Positions 24,773 through 40,305 of a DNA stretch of 64,000 nucleotides are shown here, in pieces. Within the stretch, counting starts at the first letter, position 1; each line of letters begins with the position of its first letter. This DNA comes from Dictyostelium discoideum. Its lineage: Eukaryota. Made by a program: the position numbers and the translations under genes. The stretch lies in NCBI GenBank assembly GCA_000004695.1, contig CM000152.2, positions 3,232,001-3,296,000 of the forward strand. Direction: 5' to 3'. The notes beneath the pieces were generated by a model. It was given only the letters and a program-made list of their open reading frames with translations, searched no databases and was not told where the DNA came from.

Positions 24773-25413
24773 ATTGATTTTACCTTTGATTACTCTTTAT
24801 TGAAAAATAAATAACAAAAAACCAAAAACAATAACTCTCCCAATTTATCTCTTATCAATTCTCTCAATCATCTCTCTCTCTTTCAACATAATAAATAATA
24901 ATAATAATAATAATAATAACCTTTTTTTAATCCACATTATTTAATTTTCCTCATCAATTATTTTTTATTCCCTACATTAAAATATAAAAATATAAATAAA
25001 ATTAAAACAAATAAATTAATAAATAAATAAATAAAAAAAAAAAAATAAAAAAAAAAAAATTTGTGTCATTTCATTATATATTTGTTTGAAATGTTTATTG
25101 GTGCAGTTTAAAATGGAAAGGTGGCTTTTTTTTTTTTTTTTTATTTATTTATTAATGTTTATTTGAGTAAGAGATAAAAAAAAAAAGTTTTATTTAAATG
25201 TATGAGACACATGTGAAAATAAAAGATAACAAGAAGTCATTTTTTTAATCTGGAAAATGAAAAAATCGCAATATTTATTATTTTTTTTTTTTTTTTAAAA
25301 ATTTTTTTTTTTGATTTTTATTTTTATTTTGCTCAATATTCACACTAAAAAAAAAAATAAAAATAAAATAAAAATAAATATAAATAAAAATAAATAATAA
25401 ATAATAAATAGCA

Positions 25414-28047
<2,634 letters not shown>

Positions 28048-28946
28048 AAGAAAAAAAAAAATGGGAAAAGGGACTTTTTTTGTTTTTTACATAAATTTCT
28101 TAACTTTTCTATTATTTTTTTAATTTTATTTTTTTTTATTTATTCTGCCAACTGTATTATTAAAGGATTTTCTTCCTTTTTTTTTATTTTTTTTTTTTTT
28201 TTTTATTTATTACTGCATAAAATTTTTAAATAAAATTAAAAACTAAACTTTTCAATTATATATTTAGTTTTTTTTAAAATTTATTCCTCCGATATTATTA
28301 CTTTTAATAATGGGTGTCCAAAATCCAAAAGCTAAATGCAAAGATAAAAATAAAAATACTTTCTAAAGTAAATTGCACCTTTAAAATTTATATAACATGT
28401 TAATCAAACAATTGAAGAGATTCTTTAGAATTATGGCAGTAGGGCAGTACAGTTTTTTTTTTTTTTTTTTTTTTTTCTAAACATTTATTTAATTTTTATT
28501 TTTTTTTTTAGACAGTTAAAGATTTGAAAACATTAGGATTTGGCTCTGAATTGAAATTAATTTCAAAAAAAAAAAATATTTACCATAAATGGTAACCAAC
28601 AAGTTTATCACTCAACATCAATTAATCAATTCAATTATCTTGGCCAATTAGTTAAAAAATACAAGTAATTATATATGGATAAAAAAAAAAAAAAATACAT
28701 AATAATTCAATTTAATTGAGCAAGTTACAGATTCAAATAAGCCATATTAAATAAATAAATAAATAAATAATGGATCAAAGATTTTGATTTTTTATTTTAA
28801 TTTTTAAGTGAATTTGTGAGGGGAAAAAAAAAAAAAAATCTATCGTTTTCTTTATGGTTCTAATATGTCTGTTAAATTTGTTGTTGGAATAAGTAAAACT
28901 TTGTTTTTTTTTTTTAATTTAATATTTTTAAAAAAAAATTAAAATG

Positions 28947-29084
28947 TTACTTACACCCTCTACCTCCACCTAATTGACCATTTGATGGAGAAGGAGATAA
29001 TGATGGTGATTTGTTAGATGATGGAGTAATTCCAAATTTAATTTTTCCTGAAGTTGCTGGTATATTAATGGGTATTTTTGTCAT
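28947..29084 (-). CDS. Mini-gene / 5-prime exon S1 of a tandem paralogous trio (hypothetical small protein)
   Basis: ATG at 29084. MTKIPINIPATSGKIKFGITPSSNKSPSLSPSPSNGQLGGGRG then T|GTAAGTAA (donor-like at 28949-28954). Read through, it gives ...GRGCK* (45 aa). It shares the pattern M...SGK.KF.I...(S/N)P.F..GRG|GT with S2 and S3. Confidence 0.4.
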   Translation of the reverse strand: MTKIPINIPATSGKIKFGITPSSNKSPSLSPSPSNGQLGGGRGCK

Positions 29085-29591
29085 TTTATTTTTATTTGTT
29101 TTTTTTTTTTAAAAAAAAAATAGTAATAATTATTGATGAATTTAGTTTAAAAATTAAAAAAATTAAAAAAAAAAACCAAAATAAAAAAATAAAACTAAAA
29201 AAAAAAAAAGATATTTTTAATTTTTTTTTTTTTTTTTGATATAGATATTTGTTGAATGGCCACCAGGATAAAAAAATTCGTACATGAAAGAAAAAAAAAA
29301 AAATGCCTTCGCACCCCGCATGCCAATTACCACCCCTTCATAAATTTTTTTTTTTTTTTTTTTCAAAATTCACTTTTTTTCAATCGCAGTGTAAATAAAA
29401 AATAATTAAAATAATAAAATAAATTATAAAAATTTAAATTCAACAAAGTTTATTATGAATTATTTTGGCTATTTTTTAAAAAAAAAAAATAAAATCTTGG
29501 TTTTTTTTTTTTTTTTCTAAGGTTGAAAGTCTGATTTATAAAAGGTGAGAAGTTAGTTTATTTTTACAAATATTTAAAATAAAATTATTTT

Positions 29592-29741
29592 TTAAAAAAT
29601 AAAAAAATACTCACATCCTCTGTTGCCTTCGAAAGTTGGATTTTTGGCTACTAAATTTGGTGATTGGATTATAGTACCTCCAATTGCAAATTTGTTCTTT
29701 CCTAAGGAGTCTGGAATACTTGATACAGGATCTCTATTCAT
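29592..29741 (-). pseudogene. Paralog S2 of the trio, frameshifted relative to S1/S3
   Basis: The ATG at 29741 gives MNRDPVSSIPDSL. The homologous continuation GKNKFAIGGTIIQSPNLVAKNPTFEGNRG|T GTGAGT is in the +1 frame (an extra G in TTAGGG at ~29700-29703), with TAG/TGA stops upstream in that frame. The donor-like GTGAGT is at the same homologous position as in S1/S3 (~29608-29613). Confidence 0.35.
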
Positions 29742-29854
29742 TTTTTTTTATTTTTTTTTTTATTTATTATTTATATATAAAACAATTTGGTGACAAGAAA
29801 AATAAGGAGAAAATGATCAAGAAAAAAAAAAAAAAAAAAAAAAAATTAAATATA

Positions 29855-29890
<36 letters not shown>

Positions 29891-29913
29891 AAAAAAAAAA
29901 GAAACAAGATTTT

Positions 29914-29947
<34 letters not shown>

Positions 29948-30115
29948 GTGGATTTTGGCGAATTTTGTAATTCCATAATAATATAAAAATGAAATTCCAG
30001 ACATTTTTTTTGAAAAATAATTAAAATAATTAAAATAAAATTATTTGGTTTTGGAATGGTAATGAATATTTTTAAAAGGTTTAACAAAATTAAATATTTT
30101 TTATTATATGTAAAT

Positions 30116-30168
30116 ATTGAATGGCCCTTGAGTTTTTTTGAATTGGTATTGAATGGCCCTTGAGTGAA
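30116..30168. repeat. Direct duplication of a GC-containing 17-mer (ttgaatggcccttgagt) about 450 bp upstream of mini-gene S2 (minus strand)
   Basis: attgaatggcccttgagtttttttgaattggtattgaatggcccttgagtg. A similar architecture occurs upstream of S3: 2x ggaccaaataccttttttctaaaaa at 30749-30812. Confidence 0.6.
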
Positions 30169-30303
30169 CAAAGAAAGTAATTCCATTGTTTTTTTTTTTT
30201 ATTTATTTATAAAGAAACTGTTTCATTAATTGATTTTTCAAAAATTATCAATAAAATTAACAACAAAAGTAATAATAAAATAATAGAAAGTAATAATAGT
30301 TTT

Positions 30304-30411
<108 letters not shown>

Positions 30412-30415
30412 ATAC

Positions 30416-30533
30416 AACCTCTGCCAGTATTAAATGGTGATGGGGCAGATATTGTATTAGTTGTTGTTGGCTTAGAATAGATTACAAATTTGTTTTTTCC
30501 AGAACCATTTGGAGATTGGACAGTTGGTTTCAT
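30416..30533 (-). CDS. Mini-gene / 5-prime exon S3 of the trio (ORF track 30306..30533)
   Basis: MKPTVQSPNGSGKNKFVIYSKPTTTNTISAPSPFNTGRG then T|GTATGTAT (30410-30415). The ORF track reads on through an (ATA)n microsatellite as poly-Y. I interpret that run as intron. Confidence 0.4.
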
Positions 30534-30612
30534 TTTTTAAATTGGTGGATATAAAATATTGTATTTGATGTTGGTGAAAAAATAAAAGTAAAAAAAAACT
30601 AAAAAAAAAAAA

Positions 30613-30649
<37 letters not shown>

Positions 30650-30965
30650 CAAAAAAAAAAAAAAAAGAATATTTTTTTTAATTCTTTTAATTCGATTTTT
30701 GTTTTTTTTTTTTTATTTCCTGCTTGTTTTTTTTTATTTTGTGTCAAGGACCAAATACCTTTTTTCTAAAAATAAAAAAAAAAAAGGACCAAATACCTTT
30801 TTTCTAAAAAAAAATAAAACTAAAAAAAAAAAAAATGTAATAATATTATGACACACCTTTTCATTTTCACTTTTTTTTTTTTTTTTCATACTTTTTTTAC
30901 ATTTTTTTTTTTTTTTTTTTTCTGACATATTACAACCAAAACAAAAAAAAAATTTTAAAAAACTA

Positions 30966-31742
30966 ATGATAGATCTTTTCGATTTTGTAGTATTATCTTC
31001 ATTCATCATTCTTTTACCATTGGTAACTGATTTCCTTAATAATACATTTCCAAATGCAAAGATTGGTAGATTAGCACAAGAAGTTGTGGGCATGATATTG
31101 GTATTCTTTATTGTATCTTTAATATTTGCAGGAGTATCATTATGGTATACCCATTTCTTACCATTTTATTATACAAAATCATTATTAATAAGTTTTGATA
31201 CTTTAAATTTATTAGATCTATTAAAATTCATTAATACTGATAATAATAACAACAGTGGTAGCAGTATCTTCAATAAAATTACATTCTATTTTCACATTTT
31301 CTTTACAATTCAATTAGTTGTTAATTTATATTATTACTACTATCAAACTATAACTGCTGATAATTTCTTACCAAAAATTTCAAAAAATAAACAAATTCAA
31401 TTATTTGCTAGTGAGACAACTACAACAACAACAACAACAACTGATAATATTAATGAAAAAAAAAATAAACTTTGTGGTTTATGTGATCAAGTTAGTGATG
31501 GAAAATGGTCAACAATTAATAAACCGAAATCACATCATTGTAGAATTTGTAAACGTTGTATTGATTCAATGGATCATCATTGTCCATTTGCTGCAAATTG
31601 TATTGGTATAAATAATCATCATTATTTTATACTATTCATAGGTTATACTGTAATGGCATTAATTTATGCATGTTATTTATCATTCTTCCCATACTATCAT
31701 TGTATTGTAAATTATAAAAATTATGTTAGTTTATCTTTTACC

Positions 31743-31777
<35 letters not shown>

Positions 31778-32093
31778 TTTTAAACAATTAGCTCAATCAT
31801 GTGCAAAATTCAATAAATATAGTTTTATATTTTTATGTTGTTGTTTAATTGTAACTGCCTCATTTGGTATACTTTTATTTCAAACTTATTTAATCATTAC
31901 AAATTCAAAAACTGTTCAATTACTTAGTCGTTTAAAGAAATCAAAATCATTTTTAGATTGGTTTAAATGGTTATATCAAAATTTTAAACAAAATGCTTCC
32001 ATAAATAATATTTATTCACTTTTTCCAAATTTTAAATTTTATAATTTAATTATACCTTACTATAAAAGGAAAATAAATAAATTAAATAAATAA
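30966..32093 (+). CDS. DHHC-type protein S-acyltransferase (palmitoyltransferase), multi-pass membrane protein
   Basis: Single 375-aa ORF. TM helices flank the zinc-finger DHHC cysteine-rich domain CGLCDQVSDGKWSTINKPKSHHCRICKRCIDSMDHHCPFAANCIGINNHHYF. A-rich context precedes the ATG. Confidence 0.85.
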
Positions 32094-32319
32094 AACAAAT
32101 TAAATTAAATAAATATAAAATTAGAAAAAAAATTATAAATAATTAAATAAATAAAATTAATTTTAAAATCTTTTTATTTTTATTTTTTTTTTTTTTTATA
32201 AATCTAAATTTTTATTTTTATTTTTATTTTTATTTCAAAGTAAATAATTTTTTGAAAAATTAAACCACATATGTTGTTGTGGTTACCTCCCTATCCCAAA
32301 GTCAATTGAATCGAGTTTA

Positions 32320-32357
<38 letters not shown>

Positions 32358-32606
32358 TTGTTATGGTTAAATTTTTGAAATATAATAAAATTTTTATTTG
32401 AATGGTTTGTAACTTAATATTTGCAGCCTTTTCGTTTTCCTATTTTTTATTTTTTTTATTTTTTTTTTATTTTTCTTTTTTATTTTTAATAATTAAAAAA
32501 TTAATTTTATTACATTGATGTTTTTCCAATTCACTTAATAATTTTCAAATAAACAAATTTTATTTTTTTTGATTTTTTTTAATTTTTTAAAATTTTTTTT
32601 TTTGAG

Positions 32607-32638
<32 letters not shown>

Positions 32639-33047
32639 TTTTTAAAAATCAAAATAAAAAAAAAAAAAAAAAAAAAAAAAAAAGATATTGTATAATCAAT
32701 TTTTTTATATAAGCAAAAACAAAACAAAACAAAACAAAACAAAACAAAACAAAAAAAAAAAACAAAAAAAAAAATGTAGGTGCTATTGAACCTAACACGA
32801 TATAATAAAATATTGTTGTGGGTTGTTTTTTTTTTTTTTTTTTTTTGTGTTTGTTTTTTTTTTTTTTTTTTTTCCTTTCTCTCTTCTTCCTCCCTTCCAT
32901 ATTTCTTTCATTCTTCAATGCAAATTTAAATAATGCTTAAATAAATTTTTTTTTTTTTTTTTTTAATAGCTTTACAATATATACATTAACTTTCATCAAA
33001 CTTAAATTAAAAAAAATAAAAAAATAAAAATAAGAATAAAAAACAGA

Positions 33048-33112
<65 letters not shown>

Positions 33113-33118
33113 TAATAA

Positions 33119-33161
<43 letters not shown>

Positions 33162-33384
33162 TAACATTAGAATGTAGTATTACAAATATATTGCATATAT
33201 AAATATTTTTTTATATATATACATATACATATGTTTGTTTATTCTTTGTAGTTAAATATTTCCACATCTAATTTATTTTTCAAATATTTTATGCATTGTG
33301 GGTGGTGTTTATGTGTGTGCGTGGTTATATAATAGCTATTAGTATGCGATATTTTGGTTTTTTATTTAAATTTATTCATTAATA

Positions 33385-33438
<54 letters not shown>

Positions 33439-33475
33439 TATTATTTGTTTTTTTATTTTTATTATTTTATTTTTG

Positions 33476-33506
<31 letters not shown>

Positions 33507-33576
33507 TTTTAATTTATTTTAATTTATTTTTATTTATATTTAATGCACCTTAAATACACTATCTATGTTATTTTGC

Positions 33577-33682
<106 letters not shown>

Positions 33683-33836
33683 GTAGTAATAATAATAATT
33701 TTAGCCGATAAATAATATTAAAAAAACTCTCAGTAATCATTATACCAATAAGTAATAATATTATCAGTAAAATGTATTTTTTTTTTTATTATTATTTTTG
33801 GACACCTAAATTCTTGATGGGTTTTTGGAAAATTTT

Positions 33837-33874
<38 letters not shown>

Positions 33875-34502
33875 CCAGGTTCAATTATTTAATTTTAGAA
33901 TAAATTTTTTTTTTTTTAAAATAAAAAAACAATATAAAAAAGTTATCAACACAAAAAAAAGATAAAGGTTTCAATTTGACAAGAGAAAAAAAAAAAAAGA
34001 TATTATTACAAAGAAGATGTGTTTTTATTAAACACAACCTACTTGATTTGTTGTTCTTTATTTTTAATTTTCCACAACAAAACCAAAAAAAAACTTACCC
34101 ATGTTTCATTTGGGCATTCGATTTTTTTTTTTTTTTTTTTTTTTTTAATTTTTTTAATTTTTTTTTTTTTTTTTTTTAATTTTTATTTTTTTCATTTTTT
34201 TCACATTAAAAAAAACTCACTTTAATTTAATTTTTTTTTATTTTAATATTTTTTTTTTTTTTTTTTTTTTTTTTATAAAATCCATCCACAAGTGTACAAT
34301 ATTAACCTTTTCATACCTTCATCAAAATCACAATATACTTATATTTCAAAAATTATAAATAGAATTTTGTAATATTTAGCCAACTTAAATCAAACTAAAA
34401 ACAATTAAAATCAAACCTCAAATTTTTTTATAGATTTATTTATTTTCTCAACCAATCAATCAATAAACTACAAATTTATAATATAGATATTTTTTCGAAA
34501 TA

Positions 34503-35523
34503 ATGACTTCTCCAGCAACAAATAAATCAGCAGCCTACGATTATTTAATTAAATTACTTTTAATCGGTGATAGTGGTGTAGGTAAATCATGTCTTTTATT
34601 ACGTTTTTCTGAAGATTCTTTCACACCAAGTTTCATCACTACTATTGGGTAAGTTTTATAAAAAATTTTTTAAACAAAAAATAAAACAAAATAATATAAA
34701 TATTAATCAAAATTATATTTTCTTTTTTATTTCTTTTTTTTTTTATTTTATTTTTATTTTATTTTTTTTTATAATAGTATCGATTTCAAAATTCGTACAA
34801 TTGAATTGGAAGGTAAAAGAATTAAATTACAAATTTGGGATACTGCAGGTGTAAGTAAATTAAATATATATATATTTATATATATTTTAAAAATTTCATT
34901 CATGATACTAACTATATTAAATAATTAATTAAACAGCAAGAAAGATTCAGAACTATCACTACAGCATACTATCGTGGTGCTATGGGTATCCTATTGGTTT
35001 ATGATGTCACTGATGAAAAATCTTTTGGTAGTATGTATATTAATCAACAGTTATTCTCGAATAACATTGTTATAAAATATTAAAATTTATTATTTTTTAT
35101 TATTTTTTTATTATTATTATTTTAGACATTAGAAATTGGATTAGAAATATCGAGCAACATGCTACAGACTCTGTTAATAAAATGTTAATCGGTAATAAAT
35201 GTGATATGGCTGAAAAGAAAGTTGTTGATAGCTCAAGAGGTAAATCACTTGCAGACGAATATGGTATTAAATTTTTAGAAACCTCAGCCAAAAACAGTAT
35301 AAATGTAGAGGAAGCCTTTATTAGTTTAGCAAAAGATATTAAAAAACGTATGATTGATACACCAAATGAACAACCACAAGTTGTTCAACCAGGTACAAAT
35401 CTTGGTGCAAATAACAATAAGAAAAAAGCTTGTAAGTAGTTTTATTTTATTTTTTACCATAAATTTTATTGTCACTTTTTCTTAATATTAATGGTTTTAT
35501 TTCTTCTTTAATTAGGTTGTTAA
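34503..35523 (+). CDS. Rab8/Sec4-subfamily small GTPase (Sas/Rab8-like)
   Basis: join(34503..34648, 34778..34850, 34937..35030, 35127..35431, 35516..35523), about 208 aa. Sequence: [49 protein letters not shown]|[24 protein letters not shown]|[31 protein letters not shown]|[80 protein letters not shown]...NNKKKA|CC*. It is about 75% identical to human RAB8A through the G1-G5 boxes and effector loop. The 8-nt last exon (attag|GTTGTTAA) turns the unspliced ...ACK* into a prenylatable ...ACC* terminus. Confidence 0.85.
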
Positions 35524-36116
35524 ATTGGGTGCTATTTTAATTTTCACATTATATTATTAGATAAAAATAAAAAAAAAAAAAAAATCTTAAAAAAAAAAAA
35601 AAAAGTCATCAAAATTATTCACCTAAAAACATAACATATAAACCCTCGGTTTCAAGGCAGAGGATGATTCACTTACAACAACAACAACAACAACCAACAA
35701 CAACAACAACAACCAACAACAACAACTAACAACAACAACAAATAATAATAATAATAAAAATAATAATAATAAATCCCCAATTGTGAAGTTGTGTTGAAAT
35801 TAATAAGAGTGGGAGGTTTATATCGCATCAATCACTTTTTTCTTTTCCTCAACTTCATATATAAAAAAAAGAAAAAAAAAAAAAAAAAAGAAAAAAAAAG
35901 AAATAATAAAAAAAATAAAAAAATAATAAACAAATAAAAAAACAAAAAAAAAAAAAAAAAAAACAAAACTAAATTAATTAATTTATTATTAATAATGTAA
36001 AAAAAAAATATATATATATTACAGTAGTTTATTTTAGTATACTAATTTAAGATCCAATTTTTTTAATAGACCTACTTTTTTTTTTATTTTTTTTTTACAT
36101 TTTTAAATTTATTTCT

Positions 36117-36169
<53 letters not shown>

Positions 36170-36191
36170 TACAAGTATCCAATTTACTACC

Positions 36192-38890
36192 TTAAAAAGG
36201 AAAATATTTTACATAAAAGGCCACTTTTTGTATTTTCATTTGAATTGTTTTCATTAAATTTTTATCAGATCTCTTTTTAAACCAAATATATGTTGAGCCA
36301 GCCACAATAACTACAACAAATAAAATTGAGCAAATTATAATAGCAGCAATTTTAGAAGCACTCATTCCCGATTCATTATTATTTGAACAAATTGAATATG
36401 ATGATGATGAGATTTCTTTTGTATCTAAAAACATGGAAAAATCAGGATCAATAATAATTTGATTTTGGAAATAAGGAATATTAATACCAATAAATGCTTC
36501 ACGATAAGAAACATTATCATTTTTACTACCATCAATATTAGTATCAGATAAAGTTGATGAATCAAGTATTGAATTCTCTAATGTAATTATCTTTGTTGTG
36601 CTCTTTTAATAAATCTAGCATAAATTGAATGATTATCAATTTGAATTTTTAAATAATTTGAATTTTCTTCTTTTATAGTTTCACCAAATTCTTTAATTGA
36701 GCAAATGTTATTATTATTGTTATTGTCATCATCTGATGTTTTATTTATTATCATCATTGCTGAAATAATTAATTGAAGTCTATTTAATTTATTTTTAAAA
36801 TTATATTTTGATATTTCAATTGTGTATTTAATTGTTGATGGGTTCATTTTAATATCACTATTTGCAAATGAAATATTAGTTTTTCAAACCATTGTAATGT
36901 TATTGTTATATCAGTTGTTGAAATAATTGATTTAAAAAGTTTATTATTATTATTATATTTATTTGTTTGTTCGTCATTTATTTCAAATTCAATTGTAGGG
37001 TTTGAATCATTTTTTGAAGGTTGTGGAATTATTATAACTTTTGAAGAACAATCAATTCCAACCCATGGTGATTTACAAATACAACCATTATTTGTGCAAA
37101 CACCTTTGAGATATACCACCACATGGTTTATCATCTTTAAAACACTTTGATAATAGTAATGGAGTATATTGAAAACTTTTTAATAATGTAAATATTATAT
37201 CACCATCGTTTAATGTTAGATCATGGATTCCAAAACCTGCTACAATTTCACATTGAATTGTTGTTTCATTATATTGTATAATATTTATACATTGATTTGA
37301 ACCAATATCAATTGTTGAATTTTCAGATATATTACCAAAGAAACCATAAATAAATGTTAATCCACCATCAATAGTTGGGGATTTTACAGAATCAATATAT
37401 ATTTTAGAAATTTCACAATGGTCACCTTTGGTTTTAGAATCACATAAACATGAATTTGCTTCATATTCACCATGAGATGTACAATTACCAAAATCTTTTA
37501 AAATTGTGTATGATAGATCATTATCAGTGAATGTAACATTCTTTTCACCAAATTGAAGTATGTCAACTTGATAAACAATATTAAAATCATTTATTTGTTT
37601 TATATTATTACACTGTAATTCACCAATATGAATTGTACTTTCATTACTTATTGTTCCAAAGACACCATCCAATGATAATTTAATATTTTTGATTGTTGTT
37701 GAAAATTCTATTCTATCTATAACAATTAAAGATTTTTCACATAATTGACCACTAGTTTGAGTATCACATATACATTTATTTTGAGTTTTATTAAATGTTC
37801 CATGAGATGTACATGTTCCGAAATCATTTGAAAAATTAAATGACAAATCACCATCTGTATAACCAATAATTTGTCACCATATAAAGGTGTTGTTGTGCAT
37901 GAGACCAATATTGGACTGTGTTGCTTTATATTTTACAATCATAAGCGTTACCAATTTTAACAGTTGTTAACATTGGTGAAATGTATCCAAAGAATCCAAA
38001 AATTGATATATTATCTTCTTGAAAATATCTATAGTAATATACTTCCTTAATAATTATTTTTGAAGTTTCACACTGAGTACCATTGGTTTTTGAATCACAT
38101 AAACAACCACCACCATTATAATTACATACACCATGATTTGAACATCCATAATTACAATCACAAACTAATGAACTATAATATTCAATTTGGTATGTACATG
38201 TTTCAGCTTCTAATACTTCTGTTTTAGTAAATACTCCTCTATTTAGATCACAGATGAGGAAAAATTTCATTCTTCTTCTATTGGGTACGGGAGAGCCTGA
38301 ACAATCATTTCCACCTGTGGGGTCAAAATGATATGAACTGGTTATAATAGTCAATCCATTTTCAGGAAACTCTACAGAAAGTTATAACCAGTACACTTTC
38401 AATTTGGTAGCAATTTGATTGGTATGCACTGGAATATATATTTAGTGGCTTTCCCCTGGAAAACCATGACATTTATCAACTGTTACATTACAAAAATTAA
38501 ATTTATATAAACCATCACCACCATATGATAAATTTGAGGCAGCTGTCCAAGGATCAGAGGAATTTCTTAGTTTTTTATTTTTTATTTTTCATTTTTTATT
38601 TTTCATTTTTTATTTTTTTTTTTTATTTTTTTTTAGAATTGGAATTAATATTTTAATTTTTTCGATTCATAATTTTTAATATTTATTTATAGAATTGGAA
38701 TTCCAAAATTTGTATTATTATATTTTTTTACCTTTTTAATGGGGAGAGATCATATATGATTCCTTTATTTATATTATTATATAGACAGTTATTTTGACCA
38801 ATACATTTTATTATATTTAGGCTGGTTAAAAAAATAATAAAAATTAAATATTTATTTTTCATTTTTAATCTATTTATTTATTTATTTGTA
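36192..38890 (-). pseudogene. Disrupted gene for a type-I membrane protein with a signal peptide, an N-terminal Cys-containing domain, tandem EGF-like/Cys-rich repeat modules and a C-terminal TM plus short cytoplasmic tail
   Basis: The signal-peptide exon is intact: MKNKYLIFIIFLTSLNIIKCIGQNNCLYNNINKGIIYDLSPLKR|GTAAAA (~38760-38890). Exon 2 (acceptor ~38582) carries in-frame TAA stops (…CHGFPGESH*IYIPVHTNQIATKLKVYWL*LSVEFPENG…). The repeat region is split across ORFs 37926..38354, 37088..37846, 36844..37134, 36587..36847 and 36192..36434 in shifting frames, with an in-frame TGA (…NNTFIW*QIIGYTDGDLSF…). It has repeated modules DFGxCTSHG..(6-8)..C.CD..T.G..CE.S. The TM is IAAIIICSILFVVVIVAGSTYIWFKKRSDKN. 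There are at least 4 frameshifts and 3 stops without intron-like AT-rich sequence at the breaks. Confidence 0.6.
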
Positions 38891-39723
38891 TTTTTCTTTT
38901 TTTTTTGAAAGAAAGCCAAAAAAAAAAAAAAAACATTATAAACATTAAAAATATAACAAATTTGTTGGAAAAAAAAAAAAAAAAATGGTATTTCAGATAT
39001 GTTATAAAAAATTTCCACCCCTCCCAGATTTTCCGAATTTTTTTTTTTCTGTTCCACCCGCCTTGTGGACTAATTTTTTATTTTTATCAAATTTTTATTT
39101 TTTTTATTTTGGTATGGCTTTTTATTGTTTTGAATTAAAGATTGATAAAAACATTGATTACATATAAAAATTTGAATCTAATGATTTTTTTTTTTGTAAT
39201 ATTTATTGGTGAATGATTTTGTGATATTTCTTTTTTTTTATATTTTTATCAAATTTTTTTTTTTTTTTTTTTTTTTAAGGACATTTATTTTTTTTAATCA
39301 AAAATTTTATTTTTAGAATTTAATTATTTACCATTCATTTTATAAATAATATTAAAAAATTATAAAAAAAAAAAAAAAAAAGATAATAAAATGAAAAAAA
39401 AAAAAAAAGAAAAAACATTTTTTTTTTTTTTTTTTTTTTATTTTAATTATATTTTAATGTTTTTGTTAATAAAATAAAAAAACTTTACTTATTTAATTAC
39501 TCCAAATTGTTTATTTAAAATTTTTTCTTTTTTTTTTTTTTTTTGGGGTTGAACTTGAAACTTTTTTGAAAAAAAAAAAAAATTTAAAAAAAAAAATCTT
39601 GGCGCCAATTTTCTTCAATTTAAAATATTTTTTCTAAAATTTTTATTTTTTTTTATTTTTATTTTTTTTTTGTTTATGAATATATATAAACCTTAAACAA
39701 CAAAATAATATTTACATGTAATA

Positions 39724-39832
39724 ATGGATTTTAACCAAGAAAAAATAGATGATGCATTTGTTAACAACAACAACAACAACAACAACAATAGCAACAATAT
39801 TCTTGATTTTAATAAAATAACTGAACAAAGTG

Positions 39833-39886
<54 letters not shown>

Positions 39887-40213
39887 CAACTCAAACTTTT
39901 AATGAGGTTGAAAATAAAAAAGATAATGTTATTTTTTATGAAATGTCATCATTAACTCTATCACCAATCACAGTTAATCAATTATCAATAAACCAAAATA
40001 TCACCACCTCATCTTCTACAAATTCTATTTCCACACCATCATCATCATCATCAACTACAACAACAACAACTACAATTACAACAACAACAACTCCAAAAGA
40101 AATTCACACAACACAACAAGAACAAAAATCAACAACAGAATATTCACATTTTGAAAATGTACAGGATCAACAAGATCATTTAAATGAAAATAATATTCAA
40201 AATGAAATAAATC

Positions 40214-40305
<92 letters not shown>

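Noticed and set aside
29767-30186. ORF 29767..30186 minus, 139 aa (MELLSLFTQGPFNTNSKKLKGH...)
   Set aside because: It spans the GC-containing direct repeats upstream of S2 and runs into poly-K/F from homopolymers. It has no domain signal. It may be UTR or promoter of the small-gene array rather than coding.
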